Origin: Dicyema japonicum
Lineage: Eukaryota; Animalia; Dicyemida
Direction of reading: 5' to 3'
Assembly: GCA_011109175.1 (NCBI GenBank)
Contig: RDEW01000054.1
Location: forward strand, 123,382-187,381
DNA: 64,000 nt
This document shows, piece after piece, positions 35,801 through 49,600 of this stretch (its first letter is position 1; every line of letters begins with the position of its first letter). The position numbers and the translations under genes were made by a program. Below the pieces are notes generated by a model that searched no databases, was not told the DNA's origin, and saw only the letters and a program-made list of their open reading frames with translations.

Positions 35801-38720
35801 AAATGCACGATATCTAAATTCTCAAATTTACGACATATCGACTTTTATATTGAGTAATAAATATGCAGGTTTGTCCATGGAACATTATGTTGACTTTTTT
35901 ATTATTGAGATGTTTGATTCAGATATATTGTCAATCTCTGTAGATCAAAAATGTTTATTTTTCAAAACATTTATTAACTTTATCAGTTATGTTATGAAAT
36001 TTGAGGAATTATCCATATCACAAGAATTTATGATTCGTTATGACGTGCAGATTATTTATACTCTATCATTGGTATAATTTTTTGTATATTATTTTAGATA
36101 ATGTATCAATACTTATCGAAATCAGTTTTCAGTGTTTTTAATGAAGGCGTTCATGATTTTATACATTTTGTCTTGATGCTTATTTTCTATGTTCCAGGAT
36201 TTAAGGATAAATTGTCAAATGATTTAAATTTTTTTTCTTTTGTAATTTTTACGACATATAAGATTATATTTAAAATTGTTGAACCTTCTATAATCGAATT
36301 ATATGACAAATATAATAAAATGATAATTAATTCTAAAGGTTGAAGATTTTCAATAATAACTAGATTCTCTCCAAGTTAAGTTATCACTTATGATTTCCTG
36401 TATGTTAAAAATTTTAAACCATTTCAATGTCGACTATTTAACATCCCTAGGAAGCAGTCTACTGTATTTAATTTCAGGTTTTTATCATTAACATACCAGA
36501 ATTTGGAAAAATTCTTTTTTTGAATGAACAAATTAATTTTCTAGATGATTTTTGTAAAAATCTTCAAGAATCTGATACTTTTATTTCTTTTGATTCTTTC
36601 AAAAATTTAGACCTATATAAAGAATTTTGTATTAATGCATCAATGATAGGTAAGTTATTTGATTATTATCAATTATTTAGTAAATAGTTCACCTTCGATA
36701 TTCAAGAATATGTGGACTATTATTACTTCACCTTTTGCCCATAAAATCGTATTTTTATTTCATTTTAAATAGAATAATACTGCATTACATACTGAACTAA
36801 AAATAATTTCTTGTGAAAACATGACAACAATTATTATCAGATTGGGTTGGTATATACTTTTAAAAAAAGTAACTGAGCGGTTATTTTTAATATTTATATC
36901 TAAAGAAATAAGTTTATATTCTATTATTTGACAAAATTTAAGCTATCAACTATTTATCAACGTAATGAATACTTATTTGTATTATGTATGTATTATTTTA
37001 GTTACCTGGCAATAAATTCATGAATTTTCGTGGAATGATGAACCGTTGTAATGTACAAAATATATCAATTTTGTCTGATAAAATTGACATTGAAAATTGT
37101 GTTCACTTTATTAATCATATATATAATCAAATTATATATTCTATTGACGATCTTTCTCCTTCACTAATAAAAGTTTTAATGAAATCGGTTATTTTTTTAA
37201 TTTCAAAGTTTAGTTATTGTTTTTATCAACATTTTGTCATGGATCAATTGATTTTTCAAATAATTTAAAATTAATATTTTTAGTATATAACAAATGTTTT
37301 CACGTCAACTCGTTTATTCTTCAATATGTATATTCTTCTCTGATTCATTTCTATTTTTGCATTTCGTTTGACGAGGTATATAAAAGACATTATTTTTAGG
37401 CAGTGTTTATAGAAAGTACATTTTATTTAATGCACCAGTTTTTTATTTTTGCGAAAATAAATTCATCACGATTATTATTTCTTAATACTATCAGTGATAT
37501 TTTCATATCAAAATTTTACAAATTCTTGACGAAGCCAATAAAGAACTTGATTTTTGCATTTTTTGATGATCAACTTGCTAATTATTTATATATGAGGCAA
37601 ATATTAATTAATTATTATTTTTAGACGCTGTTCTTATGTATATAATCGAACTTTTTGGCTTACATTAGCTGAATTTGTTGCTACAGGAGATCAAGAATTT
37701 CTTTTTGAGAAAGCTTTTATTGTAAGTATAATTTGAAAAAAGTAGGTAATTGAGAAAATAATTTTTGACAATAAAAAAACTCAAATGTCTATATAGTTGA
37801 ATTTTTTACACTTTTAATTGTTAAAAATATTCCAACTGCAGAACAAATTGTTATTTTTTTACAAATATTATTAATTGGTATAGTTATGATCATTCATCAT
37901 TTAGTTCTAGGCTATATCTTCATAATATTAGAGACATTTTAGAATATTCTACAAAGATTTTTTCAACATGTTTTTAAATGTTATATATGTATTTAGTGAA
38001 TGAAATTAGGGAAAACTATTATATCTGGATGACCGAATCATTTAATCAAGCTAATCAACTTGATGAATTGTATACTACTATTTTGAATTTGTATTTATGG
38101 ATGTTATAATTTAGATGTATTTATCTAAGAAGTACAGATATTTTGATTTATAAAATAATAAATTCATTAATACCATTTATGAATTATTCACTTTTATTAA
38201 ATTGTATTTTCATTAAATTTGTCACTCACGAAAATTGGATATGTACGAAAGATGCGATTGTTAATGCTCGGTTAATTTTTGAAGTTTGGCAATGTTTAAA
38301 TATCTTTAGTCTTGTCAGGCGATAATAATGGATAATTCTTTTAATCATGGAGAAACGGGTATTCAATTAGTTACTCGTTGGGTTTGTCTTTCATTACCAG
38401 GAATAACTTACCAAAATGATTTTGATCGTATCGTTTGGATATTTGCTTGTTTTCTATTATCTACTTCAACGTCATCGCTTGCACGAATTCAGTAATATTT
38501 TTTACTAATTTAAAGTTTTGAATCACTTGTATATATTGATGCTTATAATAAATTTCCTAATATAACTTTATGCGATAAAATAATCAAAAATTATTCCACA
38601 GTATTTAAACGAAATTTTAATGGACTTATTAACATGAAAAATTTTTTTTATAATTTTATTGAAGAAATGTCCATGCAATATGGGAGTTGTTTTAGTGAAA
38701 TACTTGATTTGATAAATTGA
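29880..38720 (+). CDS. HTT: Huntingtin orthologue, compact, with many micro-introns
   Basis: The spliced N-terminus LCCDFNADVRLTASECLSIVVK parallels HTT [23 protein letters not shown]. Further matches: SSDSAVIRRISANSIVQLC vs SSSPTIRRTAAGSAVSIC, NHSYWLVK vs NSSYWLVR, DYRLQIEASKYFVKLISKL, and C-terminal FACFLLSTST and GSCFSEILDLIN*. Introns at 29948-29972, 30048-30073 and 30198-30221. Confidence 0.85.
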
Positions 38721-38874
38721 TAAAATTTGATTGAAATATTTATTTAAAAATGGAAATGTTATTTAATTAGTATATAATAATAGCTCTGTACATTTTAACT
38801 TCCACTTAGCGCTTAACAAACTTTAGAAAAATTGTTATTTAATTATGAAAAAAATGTTCTTGACGTGTTATCTT

Positions 38875-39975
38875 GTGTCTCACCAGATAAGGTGTCACCC
38901 ATTCCGGAAAAAAACAAAAAGAGCCATCAACTTCTCCTCACCTCTTGAGGGTTCCCGTAAATTATGTGCTTCCGAATCCGTCTTGTGTCATCATTGTTGT
39001 AGACTTTTGATCCTGCTATGTTGCCACATTGAAACAAACCCTGGTCCACGCAGAGAATTAATAATTCTACAACTAAATAAAAATGAAATTAAAAGGAAGA
39101 TCCTGGAACTTCGAGCTGACCTTGCTCTCATCCTCTACGCCAACACCCTCTTTCCCGGGAAACACATTAATCAGTAAGGACCTTCAGGGAAGACCAGGTG
39201 GAGGACTACTCACAATAATAAAGAATGGTACCTTTCATTGACGCGAGTCGACGGTACTCAGTTCTTTTGGACTCAGACGATACCATGGAGCATATCACCA
39301 TCAAAATGGAGCTGTACTCGTCTTTTTTGATTAACTTGATTAACAAAATAAAAGTATCAACCAGAGAATAAAAGACCATCAGGATCAGAGGTAAAGTTAG
39401 CTAATGAATCGCATTAACGGGAAAAGTTCACCTTATCAATTTTGGAAAACATTAAAACAAATTAAATCAGAGTTGGAAAATGCGAATGGAACCTGTAACT
39501 TTTCTCCAGACCATATTTGTCATATACGCCCTAATCTACTAATGAAACATTACGCTGCGATCAGCTTCAAGAAATTCTCTAAACAACTGGATACCAACTA
39601 CGTGGCCGCAAACCGAAAAATGAACCTTACCAGAACTATTCTCAGACAAGCAGGGTCTCAGAGGTAATCGCCGGATTAAAGAACTCACGGGCCTGCGCCC
39701 AGACAAAGTATCTTTAATCACCTAAAACACATAAGCAAATACGCAATTAGCTACCTAAGGAAATTTTTAACCTGTCCGTTAACTGACCAAATATGGAAAA
39801 TATCACTCCAATTCATAAAGCCGGAGAACCAAAAGGAGATCCCAGTTCATAAAAACCAATCTCATTGGCCTTCACTATATCAAATGTGTTGGAAAAGTTG
39901 ATCCTATCTGAAATTACTCTTCCTTAACTCAACCCAATTTCCAACACGGATTCCGTTCTGGAAGATCAACCAAGA
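38875..39975 (+). mobile_element. L2/Jockey-like LINE relic with a 2A-like motif before the APE and an RT start
   Basis: LLILLCCHIETNPGP (39004-39048), LIILQLN, a later PD-KVSLIHLKH and FQHGFRSGRST. Confidence 0.7.
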
Positions 39976-40053
39976 CTTTCTTATCAAGAAAAGGGGAGAT
40001 TAACATTAGTACAAGCTTCTCCAACACTTTAGAAAATGCTCAAGTTATGGAGA

Positions 40054-40610
40054 CAGGCTTAAGGGCTTTTTTTCCTTACATTAATTAGTTATGACTAGGA
40101 CAACCAGAATATTTGCAATTTTTATAATAATAATTGCAAAAGAAATGATTGTAAAAATTGCATTATATAACGAAAATCAAAATCATTTATTGTAATAAGA
40201 AATTAAATATTCCTGAACATTTTCATGTTTAAAGCTTCGATTTTAAGTAAGAATTTTCGTCAAAAGAGATATCATCCCATTTTCAACTGAGGCTGAGCTT
40301 TTGCAACAATTTCGAAGGTGTGATTAAATTTCTGGTGAAATATTTTTATTTGAGAAATCAAGAATACTTAGTATCCCAGATTTTTAAATATTTTTTGATA
40401 TATATTTATATATTGCACCGATCAGAAGAAAATTCTATGGTGTTCAGATCTGCATAACATTTTAAATTGAATAATCAAGTAGTTAGGTATTTGAAAATCA
40501 TGTCAATTAAAATCAAACAGTTTTGCTGATTTCTGTTAAACATGAAAACAAAGCGGGAATACTAACTGATTTTTGTCAAAAATAATTTAAAAATCGAAAC
40601 ATTTTTGAAT
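40054..40610 (-). mobile_element. hAT 3' end with a probable TIR; CRE-free version of the 2101-2575 locus
   Basis: High identity to 2090-2575, and extends through TTGCAATTTTT to CAGGCTTAAGGG (a CAGG start, as in many hAT TIRs). Confidence 0.6.
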
Positions 40611-40626
40611 AATAAATCACAATGTA

Positions 40627-43600
40627 ATATAGAAATCAGCTATAATTTATACTAATTCGTGAGTTGTGTCCAACAACGTTGATACCTCTGATGATTCGAA
40701 ATCATAATGTATTCCAATAAAGAATTAATGAATCATTATAAAAATACTCAGTTAAAAGGGTAGCAGCTTTAATGGAAACCGATTGGCAAGACGTATCCAA
40801 TAACGATTATATTTAAGAGTTTATCACGACTCACTAATGGATTCTACTAATATTGAAAGCAATTCTAGTCCATTTTCCGACATTGCTCGAATTATCACTC
40901 ACAAATCCAGGAAAACATCATCTGGGGTGCTCAGAGTATCGCATCATCAGATTACATAACGAACGGAGAGCTTGGTGATTTCTCTATTGCAAGACAAAAC
41001 AATATGAGTCTAAGTAAATCTCCATGTCGGTGTATGTCTAATTTTTCTGTCTGAAAGTAAATATTGGGCCTTTGTCTCGCCTTCTTGATGTTTTCAATGT
41101 ATTTTTCCCAGTCAGTGCTTTTTAAACAAATATTGAAATGAAGATCATGTGGTCGTTGTCAGTTGTTCTCCTTTGGTAGGACGTGCATCATTTTGCAGGT
41201 GTTAATCAGACTTTCGGTAGATAATGTAGTCGACTTGATTATAAATATTCACGCTCTACCCGACAGAGCTTATTCTTGTCAGCTCCAAGTCGTGTTGTGG
41301 CAAGCTGAGTGCGTGAAAGCCGTGTTGCATTTAAATCTCCCCAACAAAGACAAGGGACAAGGATCATTATTAGAGTATGTTTTTAATAGTTCTGATTAGA
41401 ATTCCTCGAGTCATCGAGATTCTTGATTCCTCGTCCACATTGTGGATGATGACATTTACACAGTAAAGAGATTTTGGACGAATATAGTGTATTTAGTTTG
41501 ACATGTAGGACACATATCGGTCGTTGACTCTCCAATAGCGATGTACTTTATTGAGGTAATCCACGTCCATGCGTAGTGCTTGCATTCAGTTGGGAGAGAA
41601 TCAGTCGTGTAACAGCTTCTAATGGAGACCGATTTGCTTGAAATAATCATATCACAATTATCTTCTCGAGTCTACAAGAATTATAAAAGTAGTAATATTT
41701 AAAGGTGCTTAAATGAATACTTATTCGCAGTATACATAATAATAAAGTTGGTACATATAGTCGATCGTAATAAAAAAATGTTTGTATAATTAGTATTTAT
41801 GGTAAAATGATTTGAATGTAGTTCGTCATTTTTCAGTCAATCAATCATTAATGGTTTCAAATTATATAGAAAAAAAGCTCAACGGACAAGAAAACAAGGA
41901 TCAAACCCTAATTGATAAAAAAATAAGCAATTATTAACAAAAAGTTTGTAGAAATTTAGTCGAACCCATTCACAGATATATATAAAAAAAGAGAATAACT
42001 CGAGTAATATGGATAGCTGATCTAATTGGTTGCAATATGCAAATCATCTCCTTCAACGATTGTACTTTCAGTCTATAATGAATAAAAATTAACTCTTCTA
42101 GTATAGAAATCAGCTATAATTTGATAATAATTTGCAAGTTAGTGTCCAACAACGTTGATACCTCTAATAAATTCGAAATCAAATGGAAGCCGATAATAAA
42201 AAATCATTATAAAAATACTCAGTTAAAAGGGTAGCAGCTTTAATGGAAACCGATTGGCAAGACGTATCCAATAACGATTATATTTTAAGAGTTTATCACG
42301 ACTCACTAATGGATTCTACTAATATTGAAAGCAATTCTAGTCCATTTTCCGACATTGCTCGAATTATCACTCACAAATCCAGGAAAACATCATCTGGGGT
42401 GCTCAGTGTATCGCATCATCAGATTACATAACGAACGGAGAGGCTTGGTGATTTCTCTATTGCAAGATAAAACAATATGAGTCTAAGTAAATCTCCATGT
42501 CGGTGTATGTCTAATTTTTCTGTCTGAAAGTAAATATTGGGCATTTGTCTCGCCTTCTTGATGTTTTCAATGTATTTTTCCCAGTCAGGTGCTTTTTTAA
42601 ACAAATATTGAAATGAAGATCATGTGGTCGTTGTCAGTTGTTCTCCTTTGGTAGGAACGTGCATCATTTTGCAGGTGTTAATCAGACTTTCGGCAGATAA
42701 TGTAGTCGACTTAATTATAAATATTCACTCTCTACCCGACAGAGCTTATTCTTGTCAGCTCCAAGTCGTGTTGTGGCAAGCTGAGAGCGTGAAAGCCGTG
42801 TTGCATTCAAATCTCCCCCAACAAAGACAAGGGACAAGGATCATTATTAGAGTATGTTTTTAATAGTTCTGATTAGAATTCCTCGAGTTCATCGAGATTC
42901 TTGATTCCTCGTCCACATTGTGGATGATGACATTTATGACAGTAAAGAGACTTTTGGACGAATATAGTGTATTTAGTTTGACATGTAGGACACATATTCG
43001 GTCGTTGACTCTCCAATAGCGATGTACTTTATTGAGGTAATCCACGTCCATGCGTAGTGCTTGCATTCAGTTGGGAAGAGAATCAGTCGTGTAACAGCTC
43101 TAATGGAGACCGATTTGCTTGAAATAATCATATAACAATTATCTTCTCGAGTCTACAAGAATTATAAAAGTAGTAATATTTAAAGGTGCTTAAATGAATA
43201 CTTATTCGCAGTATACATAATAATAAAGTTGGTACTATATAAGTCGATCGTAATAAAAAATGGTTTGTATAATTAGTATTATGGTAAAATGATTGAATGT
43301 AGTTCGTCATTTTTCAGTCAATCCAATCATTAATGGTTTTAAATTATATAGAAAAAAAGCTCACGGACAAGAAAAAAGGATCAAACCCTAATTGATAAAA
43401 AAATAAGCAATTATTAACAAAAAAGTTTGTAGAAATATAGTCGAACCCATTCACAGATATATATAAAAAAAGAGAATAAACTCGAGTAATATGGATAGCT
43501 GATCTAATTGGTTGCAATATGCAAATCATCTCCTTCAACGATTGTACTTTCAGTCTATAATGAATAAAAATTAACTCTTCTAGTATAGAAATCAGCTATA

Positions 43601-46600
43601 ATTGATAATAATTTGCAAGTAGTGTCCAACAACGTTGATACCTCTAATAAATTCGAAATCAAAATGGAAGCCGATAATAAAAAATCATCATAAAAAGACT
43701 CAGTTAAAAGGGTAGCAGCTCTAATGGAAACCGATTGGCAAGACGTATCCAATAACGATTATACTTTAAAGTTTATCACGACTCACTAATGGATTCTCGT
43801 AATATTTATAGCAGCTCAATAAACTCAAGTTATAAGGATGCTATATAAGGATCACAACTCTAATAGATTCTCACTAGCATCGTGTCTTTCTTCCATGAGT
43901 AATTTTTGCAGATCGAACCATCAATGAAGAAACGCTCCGCTGTCGACGAATGATCCCGTTAATCTTTTGCGATTTGGTCACACTGGGCAAAAGACATTTG
44001 CAAGCTGCTATAGTTTGAGACTGTTATTCAGAAGATATAATGACGTATGCATGTAAAGTATACACAAGCGGTCCAGAGTATTTATGAATAACAGTCGTTT
44101 TTCACGTAAAGCGTTTCAAATTGCATTTATGATGATAATGGATCCGAGGAATATAAGGTTTTGATAATGTGTAAATTTATGAAAGACGAAAAAGCTTTCG
44201 AACACTTCTTTTCTGAAAGTCCGCAATTATAGATTTCGCACGTAGAGTAAGTAAATTCTAGTCCATTTTCCGACATTGCTCGAATTATCACTCACAAATC
44301 CAGGAAAACATCATTTGGGGTGCTCAGAGTATCGCATCATCAGATTACATAACGAACGGAGAGGCTTGGTGATTTCTCTATTGCAAGACAAAATAATATG
44401 AGTCTAAGTAAATCTTCATGTCGGTGTATGTCTAATTTTTCTATCTGTAAGTAAATGTTGGGCCTTTGTCTCGCCTTCTTGATGTTTTCAATGTATTATT
44501 CCCAGTCAGATGCTTTTTTATACAAATATTGAAATGAAGATCATGTGGTCGTTGTCAGTTGTTGTCCTTTGGTAGGAACGTGCATCATTTTGCAGGTGTT
44601 AATCAGACTTTCGGTTGATAATGTAGTCGACTTGTTTATAAATATTCACGCTCTACCCGACAGAGCTTATTCTTGTGAGCTCCACGTCGTGTTGTGGCAA
44701 GCTGAGTGCGTGAAAGCACTGTTGCATTCAAATCTCATCCAACAAAGACAAGGGACAAGGATCATTATTAGAGTATGTTTTTAATAGTTCTGATTAGAAT
44801 TCCTCGAGTTCATCGGGATTCTTGATTCCTCGTCCACATTGTGGATGATGACATTTATGACAGTAAAGAGACTTTTGGACGAATATAGTGTATTTAGTTT
44901 GACATGTAGGACACATATTCGGTCGTTGACTCTCCAATAGCGAGGTACTTTATTGAGGTAATCCACGTCCATGCGTAGTGCTTGCATTCAGTTGGGAAGA
45001 GAATCAGTCGGGTAACAGCTCTAATGGAGACCGATTTGCTTGAAATAATCATATAACGATTATCTTCTCGAGTCTACAAGAATTATAAAAGTAGTAATAT
45101 TTAAAGGTGCTTAAATGAATACTTATTCGCAGTATACATAATAATAAAGTTGGTACTATATAAGTCGATCGTAATAAAAAATGGTTTGTATAATTAGTAT
45201 TATGGTAAAATGATTGAATGTAGTTCGTCATTTTTCAGTCAATCCAATCATTAATGGTTTCAAATTATATAGAAAAAAAGCTCACGGACAAGAAAAAAGG
45301 ATCAAACCCTAATTGATAAAAAAATAAGCAATTATTAACAAAAAAGTTTGTAGAAATATAGTCGAACCCATTCACAGATATATATAAAAAAAGAGAATAA
45401 ACTCGAGTAATATGGATAGCTGATCTAATTGGTTGCAATATGCAAATCATCTCCTTCAACGATTGTACTTTCAGTCTATAATGAATAAAAATTAACTCTT
45501 CTAGTATAGAAATCAGCTATAATTGATAATAATTTGCAAGTAGTGTCCAACAACGTTGAGACCTCTAATAAATTCGAAATCAAAATGGAAGCCGATAATA
45601 AAAAATCATCATAAAAAGACTCAGTTAAAAGGGTAGCAGCTCTAATGGAAACCGATTGGCAAGACGTATCCAATAACGATTATACTTTAAAGTTTATCAC
45701 GACTCACTAATGGATTCTCGTAATATTTATAGCAGCTCAATAAACTCACTCAAGTATATAAGGATCACAACTCTAATAGATTCTCACTAGCATCGTGTAT
45801 TTCTTCCATGAGTAATTTTTGCAGATCGAACCATCAATGAAGATACGCTCCGATGTCGACGAATGATCCCGTTAATCTTTTGCGATTTGGTCACACTGGG
45901 CAAAAGACATTTGCAAGCTGCTATAGTTTGAGACTGTTATTCAGAAGATATAATGACGTATGCATGTAAAGTATACACAAGCGGTCCAGGGTATTTATGA
46001 ATAACAGTCGTTTTTCACGTATAGCGTTTCAAATTGCATTTATGATGATAATGGATCCGAGGAATATAAGGTTTTGATAATGTGTAAATTTATGAAAGAC
46101 GAAAAAGCTTTCGAACACTTCTTTTCTGAAAGTCCGCAATTATAGATTTCGCACGTAGAGTAAGTAAATTCTAGTCCATTTTCCGACATTGCTCGAATTA
46201 TCACTCACAAATCCAGGAAAACATCATTTGGGGTGCTCAGAGGATCGCATCATCAGATTACATAACGAACGGAGAGGCTTGGTGATTTCTCTATTGCAAG
46301 ACAAAACAATATGAGTCTAAGTAAATCTTCATGTCATTGTATGTCTAATTTTTCTGTCTGTAAGTAAATATTGGGCCTTTGTCTCGCCTTCTTGATGTTT
46401 TCAATGTATTTTTCCCAGTCAGGTGCTTTTTTAAACAAATATTGAAATGAAGATCATGTGGTCGTTGTCAGTTGTTCTCCTTTGGTAGGAACGTGCATCA
46501 TTTTGCAGGTGTTAATCTGACTTTCGGCAGATAATGTAGTCGACTTGATTATAAATATTCACGCTCTACCGGACAGAGCTTATTCTTGTCAGCTCCAAGT

Positions 46601-49600
46601 CGTGTTGTGGCAAGCTGAGTGCGTGAAAGCCGTGTTGCATTCAAATCTCCCCCAACAAAGACAAGGGACAAGGATCATTATTAGAGTATGTTTTTAATAG
46701 TTTGATTAGAATTCCTCGAGTTCATCGAGATTCTTGATTCCTCGTCCACATTGTGGATGATGACATTTATGACAGTAAAGAGACTTTTGGACGAATATAG
46801 TGTATTTAGTTTGACATGTAGGACACATATTCGGTCGTTGACTCTCCAATAGCGATGTACTTTATTGAGGTAATCGACGTCCATGCGTAGTGCTAGCATT
46901 CAGTTGGGAAGAGAATCAGTCGGGTAACAGCTCTAATGGAGACCGATTTGCTTGAAATAATCATATAACTATTATCTTCTCGAGTCTACAAGAATTATAA
47001 AAGTAGTAATATTTAAAGGTGCTTAAATGAATACTTATTCGCAGTATACATAATAATAAAGTTGGTACTATATAAGTCGTTCGTAATAAAAAATGGTTTG
47101 TATAATTAGTATTATGGTAAAATGATTGAATGTAGTTCGTCACTTTTTCAGTCAATCCAATCATTAATAGTTTCAAATTATATAGAAAAAAAGCTCAACG
47201 GACAAGAAAAAAGGATCAAACCCTAATAGATAAAAAAATAAGCAATTATTAACAAAAAAGTATGTACAAATATAGTCGAACCCATTCACAGATATATATA
47301 AAAAAAGAGAATAAACTCGATTAATATGGATAGCTGATCTAATTGGTTGCAATATGCAAATAATCTCCTTCAACGATTGTACTTTCAGTCTATAATGAAT
47401 AAAAATTAACTCTTCTAGTATAGAAATCAGCTATAATTGATAATAATTTGCAAGTAGTGTCCAACAACGTTGATACCTCTAATAAATTCGAAATCAAAAT
47501 GGAAGCCGATAATAAAAAATCATCATAAAAAGACTCAGTTAAAAGGGTAGCAGCTCTAATTGAAACCGATTGGCAAGACGTATCCAATAACGATTATACT
47601 TTAAAGTTTATCACGACTCACTAATGGATTCTCGTAATATTTATAGCAGCTCAATAAACTCAAGTTATAAGGATCACAACTCTAATAGATTCTCACTAGC
47701 ATCGTGTATTTCTTCCATGAGTAATTTTTGCAGATCGAACCATCAATGAAGATACGCTCCGATGTCGACGAATGATCCCGTTAATCTTTTGCGATTTGGT
47801 CACACTGGGCAAAAGACATTTGCAAGCTGCTATAGTTTGAGACTGTTATTCAGAAGATATAATGACGTATGCATGTAAAGTATACACAAGCGGTCCAGGG
47901 TATTTATGAATAACAGTCGTTTTTCACGTAAAGCGTTTCAAATTGCATTTATGATGATAATGGATCCGAGGAATATAAGGTTTTCATCATGTGTAAATTT
48001 ACGAAAGACGAAAAAGCTTTCGAACACTTCTTTTCTGAAAGTTTGCAATTATAGATTTCGCATGTAGAGAATGTAAATTCTAGTCCATTTTCCGACATTG
48101 CTCGAATTATCACTCACAAATCCAGGAAAACATCATCTGGGGTGCTCAGAGGATCGCATCATCAGATTACATAACGAACGGAGAGGCTTGGTGATTTCTC
48201 TATTGCAAGACAAAACAATATGAGTCTAAGTAAATCTCCATCTCGTTGTATGTCTAATTTTTCAGTCTGAAAGTAAATATTGGGCCTTTCTCTCGCCTAC
48301 TTGATGTTTTCAATGTATTTTTCCCAGTCAGGTGTTTTTTAAACAAATATTGAAATGAAGATCATGTGGTCGTTGTCAGTTGTTCTCCTTTGGTAGGAAC
48401 GTGCATCATTTTGCAGGTGTTAATCTGACTTTCGGCAGATAATGTAGTCGACTTGATTATAAATATTCACTCTCTACCCGACAGAGCTTATTCTTGTCAG
48501 CTCCAAGTCGTGTTGTGGCAAGCTGAGAGCGTGAAAGCCGTGTTGCATTCAAATCTCCCCCAACAAAGACAAGGGACAAGGATCATTATTAGAGTATGTT
48601 TTTAATAGTTTGATTAGAATTCCTCGAGTTCATCGAGATTCTTGATTCCTCGTCCACATTGTGGATGATGACATTTATGACAGTAAAGAGACTTTTGGAC
48701 GAATATAGTGTATTTAGTTTGACATGTAGGACACATATTCGGTCGTTGACTCTCCAATAGCGATGTACTTTATTGAGGTAATCCACGTCCATGCGTAGTG
48801 CTTGCATTCAGTTGGGAAGAGAATCAGTCGTGTAACAGCTCTAATGGTCCATTTTCCGACATTGCTCGAATTATCACTCACAAATCCAGGAAAACATCAT
48901 CTGGGGTGCTCAGTGTATCGCATCATCAGATTACATAACGAACGGAGAGGCTTGGTGATTTCTCTATTGCAAGATAAAACAATATGAGTCTAAGTAAATC
49001 TCCATGTCGGTGTATGTCTAATTTTTCTGTCTGAAAGTAAATATTGGGCATTTGTCTCGCCTTCTTGATGTTTTCAATGTATTTTTCCCAGTCAGGTGCT
49101 TTTTTAAACAAATATTGAAATGAAGATCATGTGGTCGTTGTCAGTTGTTCTCCTTTGGTAGGAACGTGCATCATTTTGCAGGTGTTAATCAGACTTTCGG
49201 CAGATAATGTAGTCGACTTGATTATAAATATTCACGCTCTCTACCCGACAGAGCTTATTCTTGTCAGCTCCAAGTCGTGTTGTGGCAAGCTGAGAGCGTG
49301 AAAGCCGTGTTGCATTCAAATCTCCCCAACAAAGACAAGGGACAAGGATCATTATTAGAGTATGTTTTTAATAGTTTGATTAGAATTCCTCGAGTTCATC
49401 GAGATTCTTGATTCCTCGTCCACATTGTGGATGATGACATTTATGACAGTAAAGAGACTTTTGGACGAATATAGTGTATTTAGTTTGACATGTAGGACAC
49501 ATATTCGGTCGTTGACTCTCCAATAGCGATGTACTTTATTGAGGTAATCCACGTCCATGCGTAGTGCTTGCATTCAGTTGGGAAGAGAATCAGTCGTGTA

